Shown: positions 46,537 through 55,972 of the stretch, one piece after another | How the letters are laid out: every line of letters begins with the position of its first letter | Numbering within the stretch: the stretch's first letter is position 1 | NCBI GenBank assembly: GCA_041178345.1 | Contig: JBEGVQ010000090.1 | Location: 1-62,244 of the forward strand | Source: Acidobacteriota bacterium | GTDB lineage: Bacteria; Acidobacteriota; Vicinamibacteria; Vicinamibacterales; UBA2999 | Length of the DNA stretch: 62,244 bases | Direction: 5' to 3' | Notes under the pieces: generated by a model | What the model was told of the DNA's origin: nothing | What the model saw: only the letters and a program-made list of their open reading frames with translations | Databases searched by the model: none | Made by a program: the position numbers and the translations under genes

Positions 46537-47606
46537 TAGGCGGCGAGGGTGCCGGAGACGAGGTGTTCGACGTCGAACTGCTTCGCGACGCGCTGGCGTC
46601 CGGCCTCTCCATAGGTTCGCCGCAACGGGGCGTCCTTGAGCAGCTTCACCAGGGCAGCCGCCAGCGGCTTTGGCTCGCCAGGTTCCACGAGTTCGCCGGT
46701 TTCGCCCGGCACGACCGCCTCGGGGATGCCGCCGGCGCGCGTGCCGACCACAGGCAGGGCCATCGCCATGGCGTCGAGTACTGCCGAGCCGAGCCCCTCG
46801 GTGATCGAGCTCATCACGAACAGGTCGGCCGACTTCATCAACGACAGGACGTCTTCCCGGAATCCCGGGAGCAGCACGTGCTTGTCGAGCGACAGGTGCT
46901 TGACCTGCCGTTCGAGCGACGGCCGCAACTCGCCTTCGCCGAAGATCACCAGGCGCGCGTCGGGCACCTCGTGCAGGACGAAGGGCATGGCGTCGATCAG
47001 GAACTTCTGCCCCTTGTGCGCCACCAGCGCGCCGACGTTGACGATGACCGGGACCCCGTGCGGCAGCCAGTACTCCGCATGCAGATCGGCCGCCTCGCGA
47101 CGCGCGATCTTCCCGACGTCGATGCCGTCGTGCACGACGCTGATGCGGCCGGCCGGAATCCCGTCGTGAACCAGGATGTCGCGGATGGCCCCCGAGGCGG
47201 CGATGAACCCGTCCACCTGCCGGTACTTCCACTGCGAAAACGCGTTGCCCTGCAGGTGGAAGTCCACCCGCCGCGACGTGACGATCTTCGGCCGCGGCGC
47301 CGGCGCGCCATACGACAGGCCGAGCGCCGCCATGGCGACGGCATGCGGATCGTGGGCATGGACGATCGCGGGTCGCCACTTCCGCACCACCCGCGACAGC
47401 TTCCATGCCGCCGACAGGTCGACCTCGTTCATCGACGCAATCGGCACCAGGTCGGGCCCCTCCACGGCGCGTCGATAGAGCTCTCCCTCCGGGTGCGCGA
47501 CGAGCACCGCCCGATGGCCCCTGGCCCGCAGCCCGAGCACGGTCAGGAGGACTTGTTGCTGTCCTCCGCGCCACGTGCGCGCGGTGTCGATGTGGAGGGA
47601 GAACAC
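46518..47606 (-). CDS. Glycosyltransferase family 4 (LPS/envelope type)
   Basis: TWRGGQQQV, VGALV.HKG, EGLG..VLDAMA..LPVV.T.AGGIPE. Confidence 0.92.
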   Translation of the reverse strand: MFSLHIDTARTWRGGQQQVLLTVLGLRARGHRAVLVAHPEGELYRRAVEGPDLVPIASMNEVDLSAAWKLSRVVRKWRPAIVHAHDPHAVAMAALGLSYGAPAPRPKIVTSRRVDFHLQGNAFSQWKYRQVDGFIAASGAIRDILVHDGIPAGRISVVHDGIDVGKIARREAADLHAEYWLPHGVPVIVNVGALVAHKGQKFLIDAMPFVLHEVPDARLVIFGEGELRPSLERQVKHLSLDKHVLLPGFREDVLSLMKSADLFVMSSITEGLGSAVLDAMAMALPVVGTRAGGIPEAVVPGETGELVEPGEPKPLAAALVKLLKDAPLRRTYGEAGRQRVAKQFDVEHLVSGTLAAYHRLGA

Positions 47607-48337
47607 AGTTCCCAGAGTTTGGCGAATTTGAGGCCGACGTATCGCGCGTTCATCGCCGACACGATCAGCCCGGGCACTCCGTCGCGAAAGCCGCCGCGGA
47701 GCAGGTAGTTGCGGAGAAACGCCGCCGGCGGATGCACGGCGAGATCGACCCAGCCGGCCCGCCGGCCCTCCTCGAACATCTGGCGCGCCGCGAGCGACGT
47801 GTAGCGGTCCATGGTCTGGATGTGATGGGCGAGGCCGCGGTAGGCGTAATGCTGCAGCTCACCGCGCAGGTCGATCACGGGCCCATCCGCCTTCACCGAC
47901 TCGTGCACCAGCCGTCCAGTCCACCGCGCGCGCCGCCGATCGTAAAAGCGCAACTGGTAGTCCGGATACCAATCGGTCGAGCGAATCCATCGCCCCAGGT
48001 GGAACGTGACCCGCGGGACGCGATACCCCGGCGCCGCCGCCCCGCTCGTGGCGAGCGCGGTGATCTCCCCGGCCAGCGCCGGCGTGACGCGCTCGTCGGC
48101 ATCAAGCGAGAAGATCCAGTCATGGCTCGCCTGGGCCGCGGCGAAGTTCTTTTGTGCCACGTAGCCCGGCCACTCCCGCACGAACACCTTGTCGGTGAAC
48201 TCCCGGGCGATCGCCACGGTGGCGTCGGTGCTCTGGCTGTCGACGACGATGATCTCGTCGGCCCACGAGAGGGACTCGAGGGCGGCCCGCAGGTTGGCGG
48301 CTTCGTTCAGGGTGATGACGGTGGCCGTGACAGGCAC
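47543..48337 (-). CDS. Glycosyltransferase family 2 (WaaE/KdtX-like)
   Basis: VITLNEA, IIVVDS.STD, QKNFA, WIFSLDADE, VHE, GFRDG. Confidence 0.92.
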   Translation of the reverse strand: MPVTATVITLNEAANLRAALESLSWADEIIVVDSQSTDATVAIAREFTDKVFVREWPGYVAQKNFAAAQASHDWIFSLDADERVTPALAGEITALATSGAAAPGYRVPRVTFHLGRWIRSTDWYPDYQLRFYDRRRARWTGRLVHESVKADGPVIDLRGELQHYAYRGLAHHIQTMDRYTSLAARQMFEEGRRAGWVDLAVHPPAAFLRNYLLRGGFRDGVPGLIVSAMNARYVGLKFAKLWELCSPSTSTPRARGAEDSNKSS

Positions 48338-48353
48338 GGCCTCATCATACTGA

Positions 48354-48430
48354 AGGTTAGAAGTGAGAAGTGAGAAGTGAGAAGTTAGACGAATAGCCTT
48401 CTAGCCTCTAACTTCTCTCTTCTCACTTCT
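48354..48430. repeat. Inverted heptamer repeat array (AAGTGAG)n / (CTCACTT)n, possible terminator hairpin after TolC
   Basis: AGGTTAG AAGTGAG x3 AAGTTAG ... CTAACTT CTCTCTT CTCACTT; the same heptamer also occurs at 28616-28637. Confidence 0.75.
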
Positions 48431-50032
48431 TCAGAAGAGCGGCGCCTGCTGGACGGCGGTGTAGTTCACCACCGACTTGGCGTATTCGATCAGCGCCAGC
48501 AGCTCGCTGTTGCGCGCGATGTTCAAGTCGCGCTGGGCCTGCAGCACGAAGAAGCTGCTGGTCATACCGGCCTGGTATTTCTTCTCTTCCGCTTCGAGGC
48601 GGCGCTCGGCGAGCACGCGCGACGACCGGGTGGCATCCACGCGCTTGGCGTTGGTCTGCACCTGGCGGCCGTACTCGCGGACCTGGGTCGCGACCTGGAG
48701 CTCGAGGCTCTGAATCTGCCGCTCGGCCTGCGTGTTCTGCAGCCGCGCCCGTGCCAGCTGCGCCTCCTGCGTCGACTTGCCGATCGGGTAGGCAAGGTCG
48801 ACCTGCAGTGTCCAGCCCGGAAAATCGCCGGCGAAGGTCTTGCCGAGGGTGTTGAAGTAGCTTTGCTCGACGCTCGAGATGATGTCGCCGGTGGGAAGGC
48901 CGGTGATCGGATCGCGGGCGCGGCTCACCTGCAGACCGCCGGTGGCACGGGCGTTGTAGTTGACCGACGCGGTCACGTCCGGCAACGACTGGTTGCGGAA
49001 GTAACGGATGTTCACGTCGTTGATCTCGAGGTTCTTCCGCGCGTTGACGACGTCGGTCCGCTGCCCGAGCGCGTTCTTGACCGCGCCCTCGATATCGACG
49101 GTGGCCGGCTGAAAGGTCACCGCCTCGGTCGGTTCGATGCGCGCCGACCAGAAGTCGGCGCTGCCCGGGTTGAAGACCAGCGCGCGCAGCGTGTCCTGGG
49201 CGCGGTCGATGGCGGCCTCGGCGAGAATCACCGACTCCTCGCGGGTCGCGACTTCGGCTTCGGCCTGGACGATGTCGAGCGGCGCCATGGTGCCAATTTC
49301 GACGCGGGCCCGATTGTCCTTGAGCGACTGCTGCGCGAGGTCGAGCGACTGCCGCTGCACGGCGAGATTGCCGAGTGCATAGGTCAGGTCGTAGTAGGCG
49401 TTGCGCACATTGCGCACCGTCACCGAGACCGACTGCTGCAACTGGACGTCGGAGATTTCCTTGTTCTTCTGGCTGACCAGCAGTTGCTGGCGGGTGCCGT
49501 CGATCTTGAAGTTACGCAACAGCGGCTGGGTGTAGGTCGCGCTCAGCGACGAGTTCAACTGCGGGTTGAACGTCGAGAACTGGTTGTTGGTGGTATTGCG
49601 GCCGTTGTTCCAGCGGACGTCGTAACTGCCCCCTCCCCAGTGGGTCAGCGAAGCCACCCCAAAATTGAACAGCGACTGGCCGGTCGCGATGCCTCTCGCG
49701 GTGCCGCCCGAGAGGATGTTGGTGGAGGGCTGGGTCGAATCCGAGGTGCTGACCGTCGACACGAAGTTGGGCGTGTACGCCGCCTTGAACTGGTCGGTCG
49801 AAAGGTCCTGCAACTGCGGGTTATAGCGCTGGACCTGCAGGTCCAGGTTCTGCTCGATCGCCGTCGCCACCGCATCGTCGATGCTCATCCGCCGGACCGG
49901 ACCGCCTTGCGCCGGAGGCGTAGTGGCCGATGTCTGGGCGTGGACAGGCGTCAGCCCAAAACCGGACACTATCGTTGCCGCGAGGCCGGCGGTAACCACG
50001 GCCCGGGCGCAAAAACGCTGGTCAAAACGCAT
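48431..50032 (-). CDS. TolC family outer-membrane efflux protein
   Basis: Signal peptide; S.DDAV..A..QNLDL, TQPLLRNF, VRNAYYDL, AE.KKY..G.TS.F.VLQAQ. Confidence 0.9.
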   Translation of the reverse strand: MRFDQRFCARAVVTAGLAATIVSGFGLTPVHAQTSATTPPAQGGPVRRMSIDDAVATAIEQNLDLQVQRYNPQLQDLSTDQFKAAYTPNFVSTVSTSDSTQPSTNILSGGTARGIATGQSLFNFGVASLTHWGGGSYDVRWNNGRNTTNNQFSTFNPQLNSSLSATYTQPLLRNFKIDGTRQQLLVSQKNKEISDVQLQQSVSVTVRNVRNAYYDLTYALGNLAVQRQSLDLAQQSLKDNRARVEIGTMAPLDIVQAEAEVATREESVILAEAAIDRAQDTLRALVFNPGSADFWSARIEPTEAVTFQPATVDIEGAVKNALGQRTDVVNARKNLEINDVNIRYFRNQSLPDVTASVNYNARATGGLQVSRARDPITGLPTGDIISSVEQSYFNTLGKTFAGDFPGWTLQVDLAYPIGKSTQEAQLARARLQNTQAERQIQSLELQVATQVREYGRQVQTNAKRVDATRSSRVLAERRLEAEEKKYQAGMTSSFFVLQAQRDLNIARNSELLALIEYAKSVVNYTAVQQAPLF

Positions 50033-50180
50033 CACACTGCTACTCCAATCGAAGGTAATTCGCGGGTCTGGCTTGAGGGTCAGCAAAAGCGGTGCCGCTG
50101 GCCGACACGTCCGTCCTCCATCATAGACGTCACGGGGCGAGCAAGGGTTCGGTCGACGGGCGTCGTTATACTACCGTTTG

Positions 50181-50753
50181 ATGACCGAAACCGACCTCCT
50201 GACCTTGTTCCGCCGCTCGGGCGCGCTGCACGACGGCCATTTTCGCCTGTCCTCAGGGCTGCATAGTCCCGGTTACCTGCAATGCGCGCTGGTCTTGCAG
50301 CATCCAGCCGATGCCGAGGCCCTCGGTGCAGCGCTGGGCAATGCCGTGCGCTCGCTTGGCGCTGTCACCGTTTTATCACCAGCCCTTGGCGGCATCGTCA
50401 TCGGCCAGGAGGTCGCCCGCGCCTTGGGCGTCCGTGCCATCTTTGCCGAGCGCCAGGACAGCACGCTGACCCTGCGCCGCGGCTTCGCGCTGGAGCCCGG
50501 CGAGAAGGTCCTGGTCGTCGAAGACGTGGTGACGACCGGCGGATCCACCCGCGAGACGATGGCCGTCGCCCGCGCGGCCGGCGCCGTGGTGGTCGGCGCC
50601 TGCGCCGTGGTCGACCGCAGCGGCGGCAAGCAGGGACTCGACGTGCCGTTCCACGCGCTGTTGCCCATGGTCGTGCCGACGTATCAGCCGGACGACTGCC
50701 CGCTCTGCAATCAGGGCCTGCCGATCGTCAAGCCCGGTTCGCGCAGCAAGTAA
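50181..50753 (+). CDS. pyrE: Orotate phosphoribosyltransferase
   Basis: GHFRLSSGLHS..YLQC, SPALGG, FAER, LRRGF, VVEDVVTTGGS, VDRS. Confidence 0.95.
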   Translation: MTETDLLTLFRRSGALHDGHFRLSSGLHSPGYLQCALVLQHPADAEALGAALGNAVRSLGAVTVLSPALGGIVIGQEVARALGVRAIFAERQDSTLTLRRGFALEPGEKVLVVEDVVTTGGSTRETMAVARAAGAVVVGACAVVDRSGGKQGLDVPFHALLPMVVPTYQPDDCPLCNQGLPIVKPGSRSK

Positions 50754-50756
50754 GCC

Positions 50757-51560
50757 GTGCCTCGCACCCTGAAGCTGACGATCGCCTACGACGGATCGGC
50801 CTATTCAGGATGGCAGCGGCAGGCCAACGCGCCCAGCATCCAGGCGGTCATCGAGGACGAGATCGCGACCATCGTCGGCGCGCCCAATCCGCTGGTGGCC
50901 GCCGGACGCACCGACGCGGGCGTGCACGCGGCGGCGCAGGTGGCGAGCATCACGATCGACCACCCGATCGCCTGCGACGAGTTGCTGAAGGCCCTCAATG
51001 CGCGGTTGACGGCCGGCGACATCCGCATTCGCGCGATCGAGGAGACGTCCGAGCGTTTCGACGCGCGAATTTTCGCGAAGACCAAGACCTACCGCTATGC
51101 CATCTGGAACGGCGGCGTGCCCAACCCGTTCATTCGCCACGTGGTCTGGCACGTGCCGTACGTCCTGGATCTGCCGCGGATGGTGGACGCCGCGCGCGCG
51201 CTCGTTGGGGAGCAGGACTTTGCCGCGTTTCAAGGGCGCGGCAGCGACGTCAAGACCACGGTCCGCCGCGTGCTGTCGGCGGAACTCCGCGAGCTGGAGG
51301 TGGATAGCGATCAGCCGGTTGCGGTGTCGCCCCTGGCGGCCACCGCGCCGCAGCGCGATGGACGGCTGCTTCGTCTCGAGATTTCCGGGACCGGGTTCCT
51401 GCGGCACATGGTCCGGACGATTGCCGGGACCCTGGTCGATATTGGCCGGGGGCAACTGGCGCCCGACGACCTGCGCCGGATCATCGACTCGCGCGACCGC
51501 GCCGAGGCGGGGCAGACCGCGCCGCCGCAGGGCTTGATGCTGTGGCGCGTTGAGTACTGA
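50757..51560 (+). CDS. truA: tRNA pseudouridine(38-40) synthase
   Basis: IAYDGS.Y.GWQ.Q, AGRTDAGVHA, K.YRY, GFLRHMVR, TAPPQGL. Confidence 0.95.
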   Translation: MPRTLKLTIAYDGSAYSGWQRQANAPSIQAVIEDEIATIVGAPNPLVAAGRTDAGVHAAAQVASITIDHPIACDELLKALNARLTAGDIRIRAIEETSERFDARIFAKTKTYRYAIWNGGVPNPFIRHVVWHVPYVLDLPRMVDAARALVGEQDFAAFQGRGSDVKTTVRRVLSAELRELEVDSDQPVAVSPLAATAPQRDGRLLRLEISGTGFLRHMVRTIAGTLVDIGRGQLAPDDLRRIIDSRDRAEAGQTAPPQGLMLWRVEY

Positions 51561-51593
51561 CCGCGCGTACTGACCGCGCGCAGAGCGACGGCT

Positions 51594-52991
51594 TTAGCCG
51601 TCGCTGGACCGGCGAGGGCTGACGCCCTCGCCCTCCGCAGACGGCCTCGGTTTTCCCATCCACAACGACAGCAACCACATCACGAATGCGGCGGCGACGA
51701 TGACCATGGCCAGGCGCAGGAGCTGTGACAGGTCGACGGCGGTGAACTCCGGCCAGCGGTAGCTCACCAACACGCTGCCGCGCTCGGTGGCCCAGTGCCA
51801 GGCCGTGTGCGCCACGAGCGCCGACAGCAGGATGGTGCCGATGCGTTCGGCGACCACGTAGCGGAACGTCAGCGTCAGCAGCGGCACGGCGAGGATCAAC
51901 ACGAACACCTGGCCGAGCTCGACGCCGACGTTGAACGCCAGCAGTGACGCGACCAGGTGCTCACCCGCGAACTGCATGCGCTCGCGCAACAGGAACGAGA
52001 ACCCAAACCCGTGGATGAGGCCGAAGCCGAAGGTCACCATCCAGCGGCGGCTGAGTTGCGCGCCGACGATGTTCTCGAACGCCATGTACACGATCGAGAT
52101 CGCGATCAGCGTTTCAATGAGCGGCGCGAACCACAGCCCATCGGGCGCCATGCCGTAGGCCGACGCGATCAGGGTCACCGAATGCGCGATCGTGAACGAG
52201 GTGACCACCACCACCAGTCCGCGCAGCTTGCGGAACGGAACCACCAGGCACAACAGGAACAGCAGGTGATCGGTGCCGTCGAGGATGTGGAAGAACCCCT
52301 CCCGGGCGAACAGGTAGGACGCCTGGTGCCAGCGTGGATCGAGGTGGACAATGCCGGTCTCGGCGTGGATGTCGAACGCGCGCTCGGGCTTGCCGGGCTG
52401 CGCGAAGCGCAGCACGACGTTGACCTGGAGTCCCAGTCGCGACAGCCCGGGGCGCACGGCAAAGTCCGACTGTTCGGAAGCGATCGCGTAGTCGAGCGCG
52501 AGGTCGAGCATGCCCTGTTCCCAGTAGATCTGGGTCTCCTGGCCGAGGCGAGGGCCGGTCAGGATGTTTTCGAGCGCGGTGCCGTAGGCGTCGAACGACC
52601 GGTCGCCCGGTAGCGATACCCGCAGCGCCTTGATCGCGGGCGACGCCAGGCGCTGGCCGTTCTCGTAGATCTCGACGTAGTCGCGAATCCACAGGTTGGT
52701 GGCGTCGGTCAGGGCGCGATCGACCCGGCTGAAGTCCAGGAATCCGGTGGTGTAGGTCGGGATGTCCAAGTCCCTGAGTGACTTAAGAGGCACCCGCAAC
52801 AACAGGGTCAGGGTCTCGGCCTGGGGCCGGACGAAGCCGAACACGGTGACCTCGTTGGGCACGTCGTGCGCGCCGGCGCGCGGCGCCAGCAGGACCAGGA
52901 GCAGGACCACGACGGCCAATCGAGTCAATAACTTGCTGGGATTGGTGGCGCTCGACACGGTAATCGGTCCCAAGTATACTGGCGCCCGCAA
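51594..52991 (-). CDS. HupE/UreJ family membrane protein with N-terminal soluble domain
   Basis: Signal AGA-HD; GFFHILDGTDHLLF, FTIAHSVTL, FGLIHGFGF, FNVGVELGQ; true start probably downstream (GTG 52958 or TTG 52928). Confidence 0.85.
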   Translation of the reverse strand: MRAPVYLGPITVSSATNPSKLLTRLAVVVLLLVLLAPRAGAHDVPNEVTVFGFVRPQAETLTLLLRVPLKSLRDLDIPTYTTGFLDFSRVDRALTDATNLWIRDYVEIYENGQRLASPAIKALRVSLPGDRSFDAYGTALENILTGPRLGQETQIYWEQGMLDLALDYAIASEQSDFAVRPGLSRLGLQVNVVLRFAQPGKPERAFDIHAETGIVHLDPRWHQASYLFAREGFFHILDGTDHLLFLLCLVVPFRKLRGLVVVVTSFTIAHSVTLIASAYGMAPDGLWFAPLIETLIAISIVYMAFENIVGAQLSRRWMVTFGFGLIHGFGFSFLLRERMQFAGEHLVASLLAFNVGVELGQVFVLILAVPLLTLTFRYVVAERIGTILLSALVAHTAWHWATERGSVLVSYRWPEFTAVDLSQLLRLAMVIVAAAFVMWLLSLWMGKPRPSAEGEGVSPRRSSDG

Positions 52992-53020
52992 AGACAGGCA
53001 CTTCTTGAGAGGGAGCCAAG

Positions 53021-54259
53021 ATGGACCGGGTTAAGAGAAACAGCAAGCTTTATGTAGGCGCGGCGTTTGTCGCAGTTCTGCTCGCACTCGGTGCGGGCCA
53101 GGCCCTGCTCGAGAACACCTCCGCTCAGGCCAAGCAGGCCCCGCGATTCGAGGTCGATCCGTTCTGGCCGAAACCCATGCCCAACAACTGGGTCATGGGC
53201 ATGACCATCGGCCTGGGCGTGTCGGCCGACGACCACGTGTGGGTCATTCACCGCGGCAACGATCCCGGCAACCTCGATCGCACCGAACTCGCTGTCGTCA
53301 AGGAAGGCGCGCCGCGGGTTGGCGAGTGCTGTAACCCGGCGCCGCCGGTGCTCGAGTTCGACGCGGCCGGCAACCTGGTCGGCAGCTGGGGCGGCCAGCC
53401 CAAGGACAATTCCTACGACTGGCCCGAGAGCAACCACGGCATTGTCGTGGACCACAAGGGCTTCGTGTGGATTGGCGGCAACGGCGGTCCCGACGCCCAC
53501 ATCCTGAAGTTCACGCGCGACGGCAAGTTCGTGGCGCAATACGGCAAGAAGAACGCCCGCCTGAAGGAGGGCGCGCCCGGCTCCAAGCCGACGTTCGTGC
53601 CCAACAGCATGGACATGGACAACTTCGGCCGCGTGGCGAAGATCTTCATCGATCCGAAGGCCAACGAAGGCTACGTGGCCGATGGCTACTTCAACAAGCG
53701 GGTCGCGGTGATCGACCTCGACAGCGGCAAGATCAAGCGGTTCTGGGGCGCCTATGGACAGCCGCCCGATGACGCGCCGCTTGGCCCGTACGACCCGGCC
53801 GCGCCGGTGGCCAAGCAGTTCCGCACCCCGGTGCACTGCGCCGAAGTCTCGAACGACGGTTTCGTGTATGTCTGCGACCGTCCCAACGACCGCCTCCAGA
53901 TCTTCACGAGAGAAGGCAAGTTCGTGAAGGAAGTGTTCGTCGCGAAGGAAACCCGCGCCGACGGTTCGGTGTGGGACGTGGCCTTCTCGAAGGACCCCGC
54001 CCAGAAGTACCTCTACATGGCTGACGGCGTGAACGAGCACGTGCGCGTGTTCGACCGCCAGTCGATGGAAGAACTCTACAACTTCGGCTACGGTGGCCGC
54101 CAGCCCGGCATGTTCCTGGGCGTGCACAGCATTGCCACCGACTCGAAGGGCAATATCTACACCACCGAAACCTACACCGGCAAGCGCCTGCAGAAGTTCA
54201 CGCTGAAGGGTGAAGGCGCCATTCCGAAGTCGGCGACCCCGCCCTGGCCGGGCATGTAA
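53021..54259 (+). CDS. Secreted NHL-repeat beta-propeller (peptidyl-alpha-hydroxyglycine lyase-like)
   Basis: FEVDPFWPKP, HGI.VD, ILKFT.DGKF, YVADGY.N.R, YVCDR.NDR.Q.F, HSIATDSKGNIY. Confidence 0.85.
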   Translation: MDRVKRNSKLYVGAAFVAVLLALGAGQALLENTSAQAKQAPRFEVDPFWPKPMPNNWVMGMTIGLGVSADDHVWVIHRGNDPGNLDRTELAVVKEGAPRVGECCNPAPPVLEFDAAGNLVGSWGGQPKDNSYDWPESNHGIVVDHKGFVWIGGNGGPDAHILKFTRDGKFVAQYGKKNARLKEGAPGSKPTFVPNSMDMDNFGRVAKIFIDPKANEGYVADGYFNKRVAVIDLDSGKIKRFWGAYGQPPDDAPLGPYDPAAPVAKQFRTPVHCAEVSNDGFVYVCDRPNDRLQIFTREGKFVKEVFVAKETRADGSVWDVAFSKDPAQKYLYMADGVNEHVRVFDRQSMEELYNFGYGGRQPGMFLGVHSIATDSKGNIYTTETYTGKRLQKFTLKGEGAIPKSATPPWPGM

Positions 54260-54309
54260 AAGGGTGGGCCGCACTAAAGTGCTGCCCCTCCTGGCACGGC
54301 AAGCTCAAG

Positions 54310-54342
54310 CGCCGGTTCGGACCACGTCCGAACCGGCGTTTT
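54310..54342 (+). terminator. Rho-independent terminator
   Basis: CGCCGGTTCGGAC-cac-GTCCGAACCGGCG (13-bp perfect stem) followed by TTTT. Confidence 0.85.
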
Positions 54343-54367
54343 CGTTGTACTATCGAAGACCGACTCC

Positions 54368-55156
54368 ATGAGCCTGGACCAATTGCTGGAGTGGATTCCG
54401 CCGGGCGGGGCTGACGAGGCCCTGGCCCGTCAAGTCGAGATGGACCGCCTGCCGCGGCACGTCGCGATCATCATGGACGGCAACGGCCGCTGGGCCGGCC
54501 AGCGGCACCTGCCGCGCGTCGAGGGCCATCGCGCCGGCATCGACTCGGTCCGCGACGTTGTCGAAACCTCCGCTCGCCTGGGTCTGGACGTGCTGACGCT
54601 CTACGCCTTCTCGGTCGAGAACTGGAAGCGGCCGGCCTCCGAAGTCAGCACCTTGATGATGCTGCTCAAGCGCTACCTGCGGCTCGAGCTGTCGACGCTG
54701 CTGCGCAACAACATTCGCTTCAAGGTAATTGGCCGCACCGAGGCGCTGGCGCCCGACGTGCTCGAAGAGCTGCACGCCGCCGAGGCGAAGACCTCGACCA
54801 GCACCGGCATGCTGTTCAACATCGCGCTCAATTACGGCGGCCGCACCGAGATCATTGACGCCGCGCGGCGCGCCATGGCCTCGGGTCTCGACCCACAGGA
54901 CCTCGACGAGGACCGATTCGCGAGTTTCCTCTACACGGCGGGCCAGCCCGATCCCGACCTGCTGATTCGCACCAGCGGCGAGATGCGCGTGAGCAATTTT
55001 CTGCTGTGGCAGATTGCCTACGCCGAAATCTGGGTCACCGACACGCTGTGGCCCGACTTCCGCTGCCGGCACCTGCTCGAAGGCGTGCTGGCCTACCAGA
55101 AGCGCGACCGCCGCTTTGGCGGCATCGCGCCGCCGGTCGCCGCGGGAGTGAAGTAG
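54368..55156 (+). CDS. uppS: Undecaprenyl diphosphate synthase
   Basis: HVAIIMDGNGRWA, YAFS.ENWKRP, ALNYGGR.EI, DLLIRTSGE.R.SNFLLWQ. Confidence 0.97.
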   Translation: MSLDQLLEWIPPGGADEALARQVEMDRLPRHVAIIMDGNGRWAGQRHLPRVEGHRAGIDSVRDVVETSARLGLDVLTLYAFSVENWKRPASEVSTLMMLLKRYLRLELSTLLRNNIRFKVIGRTEALAPDVLEELHAAEAKTSTSTGMLFNIALNYGGRTEIIDAARRAMASGLDPQDLDEDRFASFLYTAGQPDPDLLIRTSGEMRVSNFLLWQIAYAEIWVTDTLWPDFRCRHLLEGVLAYQKRDRRFGGIAPPVAAGVK

Positions 55157-55163
55157 TCCCCGC

Positions 55164-55946
55164 ATGACCCGTGTCCTTAGCGGCGTCGTCCTCGGCGCCG
55201 TAGCCCTGGCGCTGATCTGGTTCCTGAGCTCAATCGCGTTGCTCGGCGTGGCCCTGGCCGTGGCGGCGCTGGCCTTCACGGAATACGAGAAGATCGTCGA
55301 CGCGATTGGCGCGAAGGTGCCGTTCTGGACGTCGCTGCTGGTCACGTTGCTGGCCTGCGCGATGGTGCCGTTCCAGTGGGTCGACATCGAGTCGGTGCTC
55401 GCGGCGTCGCTGCTGCTCGTCGCCTTCGAGGTGCTGGTGTCGGACCGGGTCGGGCCGCCGCTACTTGCCGACACGACTGCGGCCGTGCTGGCGCCCATCT
55501 ATATCGGCCTGCCGCTCGGTTCGCTGGTGGGGGTCCACGCCATTGCGGGACGTGAAGCGGTGCTGCTGTTGATTGCCACGGTCGCGGTCAGCGACACGGC
55601 ACAGTACTACGCGGGCCGCACCCTTGGCCGCACGCCGCTGGCGCCGCGACGCAGCCCGAACAAGACGCGCGAGGGCGCCATCGGCGGCTTCATCGTCGCG
55701 CCGATCTTCCTGGCGGTGGCGGGTTCGTACTGGCTGCCGGGCGCCCCGGCGTGGTGGCTGGCGGCCCTCGGCGTGGGCATCGTGATTGCGGGGATCATCG
55801 GCGACCTGTTCGAGTCGATGCTCAAGCGCGCGGCCGACATGAAGGACAGCGGCGCGCTGATTCCCGGCCACGGCGGCGTGCTCGACCGGATTGACGCGCT
55901 GCTCTTCGCGGCGCCGGTGTTCTATTTCTTCCTGCGCGCGCTGTGA
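55164..55946 (+). CDS. cdsA: Phosphatidate cytidylyltransferase
   Basis: SDT.QY..G, SPNKT.EG, GDLFES.LKR...KDSG.LIPGHGGVLDR.D. Confidence 0.95.
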   Translation: MTRVLSGVVLGAVALALIWFLSSIALLGVALAVAALAFTEYEKIVDAIGAKVPFWTSLLVTLLACAMVPFQWVDIESVLAASLLLVAFEVLVSDRVGPPLLADTTAAVLAPIYIGLPLGSLVGVHAIAGREAVLLLIATVAVSDTAQYYAGRTLGRTPLAPRRSPNKTREGAIGGFIVAPIFLAVAGSYWLPGAPAWWLAALGVGIVIAGIIGDLFESMLKRAADMKDSGALIPGHGGVLDRIDALLFAAPVFYFFLRAL

Positions 55947-55972
55947 TTAAAAACGCGGCCGCCCATAAACGC

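Noticed and set aside
51555-51580. 13-bp tandem repeat (GTACTGACCGCGC-type unit x2) at the truA stop
   Set aside because: A single short duplication between convergent genes with no evidence of function
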